A stretch of 53,506 bases of DNA from a virus (taxonomy: Duplodnaviria; Caudoviricetes): positions 1 through 53,506 of the IMG/VR virus record IMGVR_UViG_3300044618_002464, one strand, 5' to 3'. The position numbers and the translations under genes were made by a program. The notes below the pieces were generated by a model. It was not told where the DNA came from and searched no databases. It saw nothing but the letters and a program-made list of their open reading frames with translations. Below are positions 1-10,291 of the stretch, piece after piece. Numbering within the stretch: the stretch's first letter is position 1; each line of letters starts with the position of its first letter.

Positions 1-127
1 TAAAAATACACTTCCGTCTGCATTTACTGTTATTTTGTTTGCTGTTTGTAAAGTAAACGGTGTACTGTTAGGAGATACAGAAGCACTATTATCAGGTATT
101 ATTGATAATAATGCAGTTGGATAACCT
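1..127. repeat. Terminal direct repeat, left copy (assembly circularity overlap)
   Basis: Bases 1-127 are identical to 53380-53506; 127 matches a common assembler k-mer, and the repeat lies inside a coding frame that continues across the join. Confidence 0.95.
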
Positions 128-714
128 GAAACAGGTTGAGCTGCTATCAATGCTTGTTCATAAAACCAATATGCCATTATACATATTGGTGCTGATTTAT
201 CTGGATCAGGTGCTTCAATTCCATTTAATCCATTCAGCAACATATCTTTACCTTGATTGCCAGAAGTTATAAACAGTGGATTACCATTTACAACCATAGT
301 CGCTACATTGTTGTTAATAAAAGCATTTCTAACAGTAGTATTCACAGTTTCTTGATTTAAAGAACCACTTAATGCCATACCGATTAATTTTGTAAATCCA
401 TATGGTATTAAATTCCATTGTAAAGTAGTTGTTGATCCATTATTAGTGATTGTATCTGGTGCTGGTAAAGTCCATGTGAAATAAATACCCATTTGACACT
501 GCAATCCTAATTTTCTTAAATATTGAATTGCTTGATTACCATTTGAAAATGAAGGTAATTTAACTGGTTGAAATAAATTAGGTTGATTATAACCACCACT
601 TGCTAACGATAATTTATTACCTTTGTTACCTTTACCAAATAATAAAACTTGTTTAGTAGGTGATTCTGCTGTTGGGCTTCCAATATAATTTGTTCTTGTA
701 TGTATAAATTGCAT
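1..714 (-). CDS. Tail sheath protein, 5' part (gene spans the origin; joined product ~749 aa)
   Basis: ATG at 714 (MQFIHTRTNIIGSPTAESPTKQVLLFGKG...), open to base 1 and in frame with 53379->51844 once the 127-bp overlap is removed; missing from the ORF track. Confidence 0.85.
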   Translation of the reverse strand, partial: MQFIHTRTNYIGSPTAESPTKQVLLFGKGNKGNKLSLASGGYNQPNLFQPVKLPSFSNGNQAIQYLRKLGLQCQMGIYFTWTLPAPDTITNNGSTTTLQWNLIPYGFTKLIGMALSGSLNQETVNTTVRNAFINNNVATMVVNGNPLFITSGNQGKDMLLNGLNGIEAPDPDKSAPICIMAYWFYEQALIAAQPVSGYPTALLSIIPDNSASVSPNSTPFTLQTANKITVNADGSVFL

Positions 715-717
715 TTT

Positions 718-1305
718 TTATTTTTCCTTTTTGTCGATTTCATCATTTAATAATTCAACATCAATAGATAATTTATCAACATGTTCATAAATTATATCAT
801 CTGGTGATTCAAGAGAATAACCATTTTGTTGTAATGTAGAATTATATATCATTAAATCTATTTTATAATCTATGGTTAATAATAACATAGGATCAGCATC
901 ATCATTGATTTTTGATCCATTAAAGTTAAACCTTTTACCAATCCACCACAGACCACCCATAAACTCTTTACAATAATTTTCCATTGATCTCTGTAGTATA
1001 ATTAGTTCTAGTAAATTTTGCAACTGGATAAAATCAAACATCAATTCTTTCCTTTGCTCTTTTAATGATAACCTGATTTCAAATTTTAATTCACCTCTAT
1101 TAGAAAAAGAAAAGCTATTGATATCTGATTTTATTGAATATACAAAAATACTAGGTCTTTGCATACTGTTTAAATCATCTTTGCTGTAAGTGTACTGTGC
1201 TGATTCAAAAGCCTTTTTAGTCCAATCATTATAATTGATAAAATATTCTATTATTAAGTTTGATAATCTTGATGTTGGTAAATTATTTTTTGGTAAATTC
1301 TTCAT
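718..1305 (-). CDS. Putative tail terminator / tail completion protein
   Basis: 195 aa immediately upstream of the sheath gene; call rests on position and size. Confidence 0.5.
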   Translation of the reverse strand: MKNLPKNNLPTSRLSNLIIEYFINYNDWTKKAFESAQYTYSKDDLNSMQRPSIFVYSIKSDINSFSFSNRGELKFEIRLSLKEQRKELMFDFIQLQNLLELIILQRSMENYCKEFMGGLWWIGKRFNFNGSKINDDADPMLLLTIDYKIDLMIYNSTLQQNGYSLESPDDIIYEHVDKLSIDVELLNDEIDKKEK

Positions 1306-1772
1306 TATTTAAATTCTTTTTCTACTGCTGTTATTAATTCATTTACTAACCAGTCTATATCTTGATCATTTATTTCTTGAAAGTTTCTACCTGGTACAAC
1401 TTTGGGTCCTATTTTATTCCCACGAGGACTTATATAACCAGGTGTTGAAAAGCCAACTTGTAATTTATTGTATTTTGGGTCATTAAAACTTTCTTTTCTT
1501 GAAATAGTTATATCAACTGTAGTGTCGTTTATCGATAATTTTATTTCTTTTTGCCAGTTTGTTTTATCTGTCATTTCTGACTTTAAACTACCTAAATCAA
1601 CTAATGGCTCATTTCTTCCTTTATCTTTAACCACTTCACCTGCATTACTTTTCCAAAATTTATTACCATTGAATTCACCTTGATTTTCAAATCTTTCTTT
1701 TTCTATTACTGCTAACAATTCAGCAATTTTATTTTGTACAAATTCAATTATTTTAGCTTTAATTTGATTCAT
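1305..1772 (-). CDS. Phage virion morphogenesis protein (Mu gpG / P2 gpS-like neck or tail completion)
   Basis: Family-like motifs RFENQG...W, PLVDLGSL, LQVG, VPGRNF. Confidence 0.7.
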   Translation of the reverse strand: MNQIKAKIIEFVQNKIAELLAVIEKERFENQGEFNGNKFWKSNAGEVVKDKGRNEPLVDLGSLKSEMTDKTNWQKEIKLSINDTTVDITISRKESFNDPKYNKLQVGFSTPGYISPRGNKIGPKVVPGRNFQEINDQDIDWLVNELITAVEKEFK

Positions 1773-1971
1773 AATATGAATTAGATTTGTATTCAGATGT
1801 TGAATTATATGATTTAATATCTTGATTATCTTTTTTTATTTCAGTGTTGAAGTTTTCATAATTTGAATTAGAGTATAAAGTATTTTTTATTTGATGAATA
1901 ACAAATCTATTAAAAGATTTTCTATTAAAAATATATAAAACACCAATAGTTAACATTATTATAATTGCCAT
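1759..1971 (-). CDS. Small protein with an N-terminal transmembrane helix
   Basis: 70 aa starting MAIIIMLTIGVLYIF; fills the gap in the operon. Confidence 0.55.
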   Translation of the reverse strand: MAIIIMLTIGVLYIFNRKSFNRFVIHQIKNTLYSNSNYENFNTEIKKDNQDIKSYNSTSEYKSNSYYESN

Positions 1972-1972
1972 A

Positions 1973-2638
1973 TTATTTACCTTTTAATTCTTCAATCTTA
2001 TCTTGTATTTCTTTCATTATTTGATATGGTTGAAAATTCTTTGTTAATGCTAAATTTTTATTATTAGAAATATAAGGTTTATCTTTTGTTATATTAGTTG
2101 GCACTGGTGGCACTGTAAATGGCACTGCTATTGTTGCACTTGACCCAGTTCCAGTCTGAACACCTGTGTGTACATGAGCATTCAATGCTGTTGATAATAT
2201 TCCTAAATATTCATACAAATCTAATATATACTGTAATAAATCACTTATAACTTTATTTGTACTTTCACCCATCATTTGTGCTTCTGCTTTATATTCACTT
2301 TTTGCTACTTGCAGATAAACTCCATCATTTCCTGTTTTATTATACCAATGTTCAGAAAAAACAATAGTCTCACCTTCTTTTATTGAAAAGTTTTTATCAT
2401 TAATAGAATTTAATATACCAAATACTTTAGAATCTGTTTGACCATGCTGAGAAATAATACATAATTTATTTTTAGTTGGTATTGAAATTATTCCATAATT
2501 ATTTAATATCTGTACTGAATTTGGATAACCTAAAGTATTAGATGTTGATAATTTTGCAATAGTAAATCCAGTTTTTTCATCAAAGTATGCAGAATTTAAT
2601 AAAGCTATCTTAACTAAACCATTAATACTTTTTTCCAT
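1973..2638 (-). CDS. Baseplate central spike (Mu gp45 / P2 gpV-like)
   Basis: N-terminal YGIISIP and EGETIVFS motifs; C-terminal HVHTGVQTGTGSS with the metal-binding HxH tip motif. Confidence 0.75.
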   Translation of the reverse strand: MEKSINGLVKIALLNSAYFDEKTGFTIAKLSTSNTLGYPNSVQILNNYGIISIPTKNKLCIISQHGQTDSKVFGILNSINDKNFSIKEGETIVFSEHWYNKTGNDGVYLQVAKSEYKAEAQMMGESTNKVISDLLQYILDLYEYLGILSTALNAHVHTGVQTGTGSSATIAVPFTVPPVPTNITKDKPYISNNKNLALTKNFQPYQIMKEIQDKIEELKGK

Positions 2639-4212
2639 TATGATAATGCCTTGTGTTTTGTAAAGTTTGCTATAGTTTTATAATTTGTTGTTTTATCATG
2701 TCGTCTATTGTTAGGTTTATTAGATGTTTGACCTGTTTCATTTTGTGAATTACTATCATTGTCTGCATCATCATCATTTACTTTATTTGGTATTAAACTT
2801 TCTAATGCTGACTCTCTAATATCAATCATTTCACAGAATGAAGGTGTTTTTAATTTATAACCATTATCTTTTATTAGGTTTATCTTATCTAAATTCAATG
2901 CAATATCTTCTGATACATTGTAATTCTTAACGAATGTACCGAAATTATCTTGTTCTCTAAAATTTATCTGCAATTGTGGTTTAACATATTGAGCTATTAA
3001 ACATGATGATATCATTTGTACAATTGCTGTAATATTTCTACCTAATAAATCTTTTTGAGTTTCACCTAATCCATAACTACCATGAGAAGACATGCCAGAT
3101 ATTTGGTTTGGATACAATAAGGCCATTAATATTTCATAACTGTTATTGTTTAATAAATCCACCATTTCACTTAAATTAGCTGTACTTTCTATTTTTTCAA
3201 TCCAAATAGATTTACCTAACTGACCCTGTAAAGCAATATAGTTGCTTCCTGCTCCATTGTCAAACATTCCGACTTTTTTCATTATTGCATCTATACTTTG
3301 CAATGGAGTTAATCCTGTTGTTGTATTTTTATCATTGTTTTCTACAATAAAAACAGGTAAAGTCGAACCTCTTAATCTAGCAGCGTTTAAAATTATTTTT
3401 TCTAATTGACATCTTCTTATATAAAGATCATAAACTGCTCTTAACATACTTCTGCCATATGGTGAAGTAAATCCATCTATACCTTTATATGCAAAATGCA
3501 ATGATTTGTTTAATGGTAAAATTACTTCACCTATTGGCTGAGCCCAAAAAATCCGTAATGGATATGGTAAATCGCCTCTTGGTGCATATGGATTTGGTGT
3601 TGACATATTATTGAAATACATATTAGCAGACAGTATGTTCGCATTTGCACCCCATAAAGCATTAAAATAATATTGTCTAATTCCATTTTCTGTTAACATT
3701 CCATGTGGATCAACTTCAAACATTATTGATGTTGGCGGTCTAGGTTGAATGTCTTTTATAATGGTGTATATACCTCGTTTTACTGTATATGTTTTTTCAC
3801 CGACATAAAATCCAGCCCATAATGCTGTTAACATTTCTCTTATAATATCTGTTAATGGTCTATCTAATGAATCAATAGCAAATTTAATAAACTCTTCATA
3901 TTTTTTATTTTTATGTTCATACTTTCCAATTTCATTTAATACTAAATTATTAATAATTGTTAAAGCGGCTATAATAGGTGCTTGAGTAGTTGCCATCTTC
4001 TGAAATTCTAATATACTAACAGTTGATGGGTTTATAATTAAATTAGATGGTATTAAAGTTTGATAAGGTACAGAAGTTCCAATTAAATGATCTTTATTTT
4101 TTCCAAACATTGCAGAATTTTTTAATGCCTGTGAAGTATCAAAATTATTATAAGATTTATCAAATAAATCAGCACCATTTGCTTTTAAAAGTGCATCTGT
4201 TATATTGTTCAT
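2638..4212 (-). CDS. Portal protein (DUF935 / Mu gp29-like)
   Basis: 524 aa; ALWAGFYVGE, SPYGRSMLRAVY, GSYGLGETQ and QYVKPQLQINF motifs typical of DUF935 portals. Confidence 0.85.
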   Translation of the reverse strand: MNNITDALLKANGADLFDKSYNNFDTSQALKNSAMFGKNKDHLIGTSVPYQTLIPSNLIINPSTVSILEFQKMATTQAPIIAALTIINNLVLNEIGKYEHKNKKYEEFIKFAIDSLDRPLTDIIREMLTALWAGFYVGEKTYTVKRGIYTIIKDIQPRPPTSIMFEVDPHGMLTENGIRQYYFNALWGANANILSANMYFNNMSTPNPYAPRGDLPYPLRIFWAQPIGEVILPLNKSLHFAYKGIDGFTSPYGRSMLRAVYDLYIRRCQLEKIILNAARLRGSTLPVFIVENNDKNTTTGLTPLQSIDAIMKKVGMFDNGAGSNYIALQGQLGKSIWIEKIESTANLSEMVDLLNNNSYEILMALLYPNQISGMSSHGSYGLGETQKDLLGRNITAIVQMISSCLIAQYVKPQLQINFREQDNFGTFVKNYNVSEDIALNLDKINLIKDNGYKLKTPSFCEMIDIRESALESLIPNKVNDDDADNDSNSQNETGQTSNKPNNRRHDKTTNYKTIANFTKHKALS

Positions 4213-4215
4213 AAA

Positions 4216-4863
4216 TTAATAATTTCCGTTATTATAAAATCCATTTAACCAGTTTTGCTGAGGATTTGTTAGTTGATTTTCACTATAATCATCGCCACCG
4301 AATGAACCAGTCATACCATATTCAGAAACTTCTCTGCTGATTCCGTTTTCAAGCAATGGTTTCAATCCATATAAATTATATTTATAATTTCCTGTTGATA
4401 GTTTTTCAACAATTCTTGTAAAAATCTGTTTATATTGATGTTGATAATAATCTGCAAATTGTAATAACTCGTGATCTCTATATTTTGTATTAATGGTAAC
4501 GAAAGATGAAATTATTTCATAAGCCCCCATATAAGTAAAACATTTTCTTAAAATGTTGTAAGTTTGAGGAGCAAAGTCTAATAACATCTTCCAATCACCA
4601 GAAATATTAGTTTTAGGATTATAAGCAATCAATTCTGGATCAGTTACATAAAAAGGTGATAAATCAAAAACAACCAAAGTAACACCATTTGCAACTAATT
4701 CATTTGCTAATGATATTGGTATTCCGTTGTCATCACTTGTATCATCTTCATTTACCTTTACTTTGTCTACACCAATTAAATTTTTTACATCATAGTAATT
4801 AATATATTGCTGTTTCGGTAAAGGTGATAAAGGTTGATTATCACCATTTTTATTTTGTTCCAA
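4216..4863 (-). CDS. Putative head-tail adaptor / head completion protein
   Basis: 215 aa directly after the capsid gene, TTG start with GGAG 8 nt upstream; call rests on position. Confidence 0.5.
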   Translation of the reverse strand: MEQNKNGDNQPLSPLPKQQYINYYDVKNLIGVDKVKVNEDDTSDDNGIPISLANELVANGVTLVVFDLSPFYVTDPELIAYNPKTNISGDWKMLLDFAPQTYNILRKCFTYMGAYEIISSFVTINTKYRDHELLQFADYYQHQYKQIFTRIVEKLSTGNYKYNLYGLKPLLENGISREVSEYGMTGSFGGDDYSENQLTNPQQNWLNGFYNNGNY

Positions 4864-6447
4864 TTAAGCAGCTCCACGATTGTATTGTGTATTTGCTCTT
4901 AATGCTTGATCAATTCTTCTCTTTTCTCTCATTTGTGAATAAGAATCAATATTGCTGTACAATCCTGAAATAATAAACACATTTTGAGGGTTGTAAATTG
5001 CCGGAGCACCTGCTAACGATACAATTAAGTTTATACGAGGACCACCATCTGAATTATTCCAGTTTCTTTCTGCAACATTCATGTATAAACCTTTTGTTTG
5101 TGCTAATTCACCACTTTCATCATTTCCTTGATAATTTCCATCATTTGGATTATAAGTCAATAGGAAGTTTCCAATAGGTCCATAAATATTAGGTAAATCC
5201 ATTAAAACATAAATAGTTCCAGTTGGTACATAATAATTTTGCTCATCATTATTCATTGTTCCATCTGCATATTGTCCTACCCAAACAGCATCATCAGGAT
5301 ATATTGGTATATTGTTCAATGGTGCATATAAATGACCAAGGTTAATACCAAGTTCTTTAATTTGATCAATACTTCTTTTAACATTTGGTAAAGCCATACC
5401 TGCTGTCATAGTTGCTTGAATTAATGATTGAATTGTTGGGTAATTCATAACATTTTGAAAATCCCCAGCATTCATAATAAAACCACGAATATACTGACGA
5501 TATTTTCTTAAATGAGGTAAATTAATAATATTTGCTAATGCTTTAATTGGGTTATAATATGGGTCAGGATTGTTATAATCACATAAACCAGTTGAACTGT
5601 CATAAGTTCCCATCGGTGATATTGCTAAATAATTTTCATCAGGAATACCCATTGCAATATTTTGATCACCCCATAAAAACTCATTATAAGCTAAAGCATT
5701 GTTTTTTAACACATTTCTTAATGTATCTGCTTGTGTTTTCATCATAATTGAGTTATATGTAATTTGTTGCACAACACCTCTTGATGAAAAGTTTTTAGAT
5801 CCCATTTTACGAATGTTTGTCAACAAAGCACCTTGTAATGTACAAATACCAGTCCATAAGGCTGATCTATAAACAACACCCGCTGTTGGTCTTGGTGAAA
5901 TTTGAGATATAATATTTTGATCATGTCCTGAATACGGCAATATACCAGATACACCACCAACAATATCAGCTTCTACTTCATACGCATTTACTGGGCTATC
6001 AGGTAAAATCATTCCTGCTAATGTTTGTGGATTTAAGTTTGATCCTACAATTTCAGAAACAATTCCTAATGATGCAAAGGTATTTGATGTTATTGGATTA
6101 CCTGAAACAGCATTACCATCTAATGCACCTTGACCATTTCCCTCAGAAAACTCTAAATTATTTCTAATTCTTTTTTCTTCTTTTTTTATAAATTTTTCTA
6201 ACACAGATCCAAATTCCAAGTTTTCACCTAATTGTATTTTACCAACTTGTTTAATTTGTTCTTTTAAATTATGTAAGCTTGATATTGGTTGACCTTTTGT
6301 ATTATCAACCATAGCAGTTACAACATCTACTATTGCATCAGTATTATAACCTTCTGCAAAACTAAGTGATCCTGGATTAAAATTATCAGGATAATTAGTT
6401 TGCTTGTTCATAGACAAAGCTCTTTGTATTTTGTTCATATTTGACAT
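4864..6447 (-). CDS. Major capsid protein
   Basis: 527 aa following protease, scaffold and decoration genes; strong RBS (AAAAGGA); C-terminal LAGAPAIYNPQNVFII resembles capsid E-type HK97-fold proteins. Confidence 0.75.
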   Translation of the reverse strand: MSNMNKIQRALSMNKQTNYPDNFNPGSLSFAEGYNTDAIVDVVTAMVDNTKGQPISSLHNLKEQIKQVGKIQLGENLEFGSVLEKFIKKEEKRIRNNLEFSEGNGQGALDGNAVSGNPITSNTFASLGIVSEIVGSNLNPQTLAGMILPDSPVNAYEVEADIVGGVSGILPYSGHDQNIISQISPRPTAGVVYRSALWTGICTLQGALLTNIRKMGSKNFSSRGVVQQITYNSIMMKTQADTLRNVLKNNALAYNEFLWGDQNIAMGIPDENYLAISPMGTYDSSTGLCDYNNPDPYYNPIKALANIINLPHLRKYRQYIRGFIMNAGDFQNVMNYPTIQSLIQATMTAGMALPNVKRSIDQIKELGINLGHLYAPLNNIPIYPDDAVWVGQYADGTMNNDEQNYYVPTGTIYVLMDLPNIYGPIGNFLLTYNPNDGNYQGNDESGELAQTKGLYMNVAERNWNNSDGGPRINLIVSLAGAPAIYNPQNVFIISGLYSNIDSYSQMREKRRIDQALRANTQYNRGAA

Positions 6448-6466
6448 TTTATATTATCCTTTTAAA

Positions 6467-7000
6467 TTAATAAATGATGGCGATTTCTGAACCACTGCTT
6501 GAATTCTGCATTGTAGTTCTTGTTATATCACCCGCATCAGCTAATGTTTTCATGTATGCACTAACAATTTGTTTATCTTTTTTTGGTGTTGATGGACCAT
6601 ATAAGAATTGTTCTCTTAAAATGTTATTACCTTTTTGCACCATTGCTTGATAACTTCCAACATATAAACCATCTTTTGGCAATATTGGAGCTGTTACCAT
6701 TGAATCATATAATACCATTTTACACCATACTTTCTGACCTGTATCAGTTGAATTTGGATCCCAGTTTATTAATGCACCTGCGATTTGTCCTGCATATGCT
6801 CCAGTTCCATCACCTGCTGATCTAGCCAACATACAACCTGAAAAATAACCAAGTTCAGTATTTGTTGGTAATTGCAGTTGAATGCTAGGTATTCCTGCAA
6901 CTGTTTGTGCTGAACCACTTAACATTATTTGTGTATTTAATCTAAAATAAGGATTTTCAAAACTTGCACCAAATAATTTTTGACCACTACATGGATTCAT
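6467..7000 (-). CDS. Putative head decoration protein
   Basis: 177 aa directly upstream of the capsid gene; G-x-x-L-A...W-D-P-x-S-T-D-T-G-Q pattern like lambda gpD-type decorations. Confidence 0.55.
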   Translation of the reverse strand: MNPCSGQKLFGASFENPYFRLNTQIMLSGSAQTVAGIPSIQLQLPTNTELGYFSGCMLARSAGDGTGAYAGQIAGALINWDPNSTDTGQKVWCKMVLYDSMVTAPILPKDGLYVGSYQAMVQKGNNILREQFLYGPSTPKKDKQIVSAYMKTLADAGDITRTTMQNSSSGSEIAIIY

Positions 7001-7003
7001 ATA

Positions 7004-7321
7004 TTACTCCTTTGTTTTTACAATTTTGTCAATTTTTTCACTTAACTCTGTTACAGCTTTGTGATGCTCTTCTTGTTTTTTTGAATATTCAGCAAATTCC
7101 TGTTTAGTCATATACCTTTCTTCTTTGCTTTTTTCATGTTCTTCCATGTATTCAGCAAATTCTTTTTTGCGATCTTCTTTCTTTTTTTTCTTTGCCTCTT
7201 CTTCATCATCTTTTTTTTCTGTGTTTTCAGATTCGGAAGGAGTTGATTTTTCGCTAAACTGATAAGATTTACCTTGCAGTATTTCTACCAATATATCGCC
7301 ATTTTCTCTGAATTTATCCAT
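7004..7321 (-). CDS. Small charged scaffold-like protein
   Basis: Probable start ATG 7321 (AGGA upstream); E/K-rich coiled coil with FSE/FAE/LSE motifs. Confidence 0.5.
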   Translation of the reverse strand: MDKFRENGDILVEILQGKSYQFSEKSTPSESENTEKKDDEEEAKKKKKEDRKKEFAEYMEEHEKSKEERYMTKQEFAEYSKKQEEHHKAVTELSEKIDKIVKTKE

Positions 7322-7325
7322 AATT

Positions 7326-8708
7326 TTATAATTCCTGTAATTCAATAGACATTTTTTGAATATTATCTTGACTAGCTTTTAACTCTTCAAGATACCCATG
7401 TAAATGAAAATCACTTGGATCGTTTTCTTCCATAGCTGACTGTTCACACTCTCTTAATTCTACTGCACAATATGTTTTTGCTAAATCTGGTGAGATTTGC
7501 AATAAATCTTTAATGTGTCTAATTTTATCTTCATAAATTTTCTCAATATCTGGTGTATTTTCCATTAACTCTAATGGTTGTAATGCTTTATTTGATTCTG
7601 TTTCTTCACTTTCCGTTTTATTGTTTGATGTTTGAGTTTCATTTTCAGAATAATAATCTTGCACTTGTTCAAAAAAATGTTTAAATTTTTCTTTTTTATG
7701 ATTATCTTGTTCAGATAAAGCAATTGGTGCAATTGAATATCCAAAATTTAAACCAATATCATGTGATTTAGTATGAGTATCTAACATAAAAATAACATCT
7801 GGACTTTTATCTATTAAATCAAAATAACTTGCACTTAATATTTTACCTGATTTGATCATTTTTTTTAATCTATAGTGATTTGGTATAATATTTTCAGATA
7901 ATTCTATTTTTCTTGATTCTAACTTTTTAATTTTTTCAGATAATTCTATTTTTTTACTAAGTTTTTCGTCTAATTGAATATTGGTTGCATGATTTTCATT
8001 TTCTGACAGATTTATTTCAGTATTTTCTTTTAATGATTCATTTACTGATTCAGTGTTTTCTTTACTTATATCATTTTTTTCATAAAATTCAGTTATATCA
8101 CTGTTTTTATTAAAAACATTTTTTATTTTTTGAGTTACATTGTTTATGTAACTTGAAACTTTTTCACTAAACACATAACCACCATGAATGACTGCACCAT
8201 TTTGTACATTTGAAATTTCTGAAATACTTCCATCATCTCTAGTTCCTAATGAAGTTGCTCTAATTAAATCATTTTCAAGTCTTGCTTTAGCTTCATTATC
8301 TTTTATAATACCTTTTATAAATAAAGTATTAACACCTTTGTATTTTTCAATCCATGTTAAACCTAGACTGTAACCAGATACATCTGTTGCACTTTTTTTG
8401 TGATCATATGCAACTGGAATTACTTCTGCATTTGCATAATCTTCTGTTTCATTAACATAACTTTTTAAATCTGCATACTTATGATTTACATATTTTTTAA
8501 TAAATTCATTTGTTTTATTTCTTGTGAATTCTAAAAATTCTAAATTCATATTTAATTGAGTTCCATGACTATCTTCTTTAGCTCCTTTTTCATAAGCTAA
8601 AATAATTGTAACGATAATGTCATGTCTTGCAAGGTCTCCAAAGTCTCTTTCATCTCTAGGGATTACTTTGCGATTATGTTTTATATATTGTTTTGGTGTA
8701 ATAGCCAT
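7326..8708 (-). CDS. Putative prohead protease / scaffold
   Basis: N-terminal VAYDH...G, ATSLG, ISEISNV...GAV resembles prohead serine protease motifs; C-terminal coiled coil with repeated (L/F)SE. Confidence 0.6.
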   Translation of the reverse strand: MAITPKQYIKHNRKVIPRDERDFGDLARHDIIVTIILAYEKGAKEDSHGTQLNMNLEFLEFTRNKTNEFIKKYVNHKYADLKSYVNETEDYANAEVIPVAYDHKKSATDVSGYSLGLTWIEKYKGVNTLFIKGIIKDNEAKARLENDLIRATSLGTRDDGSISEISNVQNGAVIHGGYVFSEKVSSYINNVTQKIKNVFNKNSDITEFYEKNDISKENTESVNESLKENTEINLSENENHATNIQLDEKLSKKIELSEKIKKLESRKIELSENIIPNHYRLKKMIKSGKILSASYFDLIDKSPDVIFMLDTHTKSHDIGLNFGYSIAPIALSEQDNHKKEKFKHFFEQVQDYYSENETQTSNNKTESEETESNKALQPLELMENTPDIEKIYEDKIRHIKDLLQISPDLAKTYCAVELRECEQSAMEENDPSDFHLHGYLEELKASQDNIQKMSIELQEL

Positions 8709-8737
8709 ATTTTGTTATAAAAGTAATTAATAAAAGT

Positions 8738-8766
8738 AGTCTAAAAAATATTGTGAACATTGTCAA
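8738..8766 (-). promoter_or_regulatory. Sigma70-type promoter for head genes
   Basis: TTGACA (8766-8761), 17-bp spacer, TAGACT (8743-8738) in the gap between terL and the protease gene. Confidence 0.6.
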
Positions 8767-8773
8767 GTATATT

Positions 8774-10282
8774 TTACATATCATACCATTTTTTTACAGT
8801 ATTTTGTCTTTCTTCTGGTAATATTAATGCTTGTACTTCTGATAATGTATTTATCTGTGTACTAATCATATAAGCCAAAACATCAACTTGATCATCATGT
8901 TCTTTTGATTCACCATTCATTTTAACATGTTTGCCATCTTTTCTAAAACATTCTAATTCTTCAAAGAATTTGTTTACCCAATTACCAGAATCTGGTATCA
9001 TCACAAATTGATTCTTTATAAACATCAAACCATCATTTAATCTTAAATATTTATCTTTAACAGCTTTTAATGGTTGACATGGTATTCCCTTTCTTGGCAA
9101 CCTTTGTAATAAACCAGTTCCGCAACTTTTGTCTTCAATCCATATTCCGCGAGGTGGTGAAAATTGAATTTTATTGTCTAACTTACTTCTCCATTCATGC
9201 CATTTATCGATAATTAATTGTTCTAAATCTGGTTCTTCTAATTTTTCTCTTATCCAATCTATAATATACCATTTGTCATCAATATTAGATCGTCCCGCTA
9301 ATCCAATTACACTGTAATCATTTGATTCTTTAGTTTTTGATGCTCCATCAATAACAAAATATGTTTCTTTAAAAAATCCTGGTATTTGCATTTTTTCTGA
9401 CAGATTATATCTGGGAAAATACTCTCTATTAAGTATAATTCCAAAATCATCATAATCAATATTCCAGTTTCCGTATAACATTCTTGCTTTTAATACTGCA
9501 TTTTGTGCGTATAAATTTGCAAGATAATCTGGTGATTGTTGCACCAAAATCTGATTATCATAAACAGTTGAATTGATGAATGTAAAAGTTTTAATTGGAA
9601 TATTGTCAGGAATATCATATTGTCTTGCTTGTTCTCTAACTTCTTGTTCTGTATCACCCCAAACAAGCCTAGTTTCTAATGCTTCACCTATTCTGATAAA
9701 GTATCTAATTACACCACATCTTGATTCAATAGGTAATCCATCTTCATCTAAATACCAATCAATCATCATTCTAACCCATGAATTCTTTTTAGGATTGCAT
9801 GTTGCTCTTATGTATGGTTTAATTTTACCCATTGCTCTACCAGATGCACGATTTCTACTTACAAGAAACCAAAAAAAATCTTCATTAAACTGAGTTAACT
9901 CATCAAGACCAATAAAAGCCATCTGCCAACCTTGTTTATTTAACATTTTGGCTGGTTTATCCTGTGAAGAGAATAATATTCTTGCATTTGTTTTCTTGAA
10001 TTTCCAATCATACTTTGATGATCTGGGTGTCCCACCTACAATAGGAAATATTTCTTGAGATTGATCCCAAATTGCACCTGCACCAATTAAATCTTTAATT
10101 TCAGCACGAAAATAAGCACCAGTAAAATCAGGTACATGAATGTTTCTTGTTCCCTCTAATAACAATACAAAAGTTTTACCACCACCCATGGCACCGCCAT
10201 AAAATGCAATATCTGCATCTGTTGACATAAACATTTCTTGTTTGCCTGGCTGTGGTGATAATATCTTTCTTTGTGTGTTCAT
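8774..10282 (-). CDS. terL: Terminase large subunit
   Basis: PQPGKQ adenine motif, Walker A YGGAMGGGKT, Walker B GLDELTQF, TCNP, nuclease HDDQVD. Confidence 0.95.
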   Translation of the reverse strand: MNTQRKILSPQPGKQEMFMSTDADIAFYGGAMGGGKTFVLLLEGTRNIHVPDFTGAYFRAEIKDLIGAGAIWDQSQEIFPIVGGTPRSSKYDWKFKKTNARILFSSQDKPAKMLNKQGWQMAFIGLDELTQFNEDFFWFLVSRNRASGRAMGKIKPYIRATCNPKKNSWVRMMIDWYLDEDGLPIESRCGVIRYFIRIGEALETRLVWGDTEQEVREQARQYDIPDNIPIKTFTFINSTVYDNQILVQQSPDYLANLYAQNAVLKARMLYGNWNIDYDDFGIILNREYFPRYNLSEKMQIPGFFKETYFVIDGASKTKESNDYSVIGLAGRSNIDDKWYIIDWIREKLEEPDLEQLIIDKWHEWRSKLDNKIQFSPPRGIWIEDKSCGTGLLQRLPRKGIPCQPLKAVKDKYLRLNDGLMFIKNQFVMIPDSGNWVNKFFEELECFRKDGKHVKMNGESKEHDDQVDVLAYMISTQINTLSEVQALILPEERQNTVKKWYDM

Positions 10283-10291
10283 AAATTCAAA

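Noticed and set aside
4216-4866. Capsid stop read-through into the in-frame adaptor gene (TAA TTG)
   Set aside because: A GGAG SD 8 nt before TTG explains independent initiation, and in-frame neighbours are frequent in this operon.
7321-7345. Frameshift joining protease/scaffold to the small scaffold gene
   Set aside because: No convincing shift signal; ATG 7321 has its own AGGA RBS.
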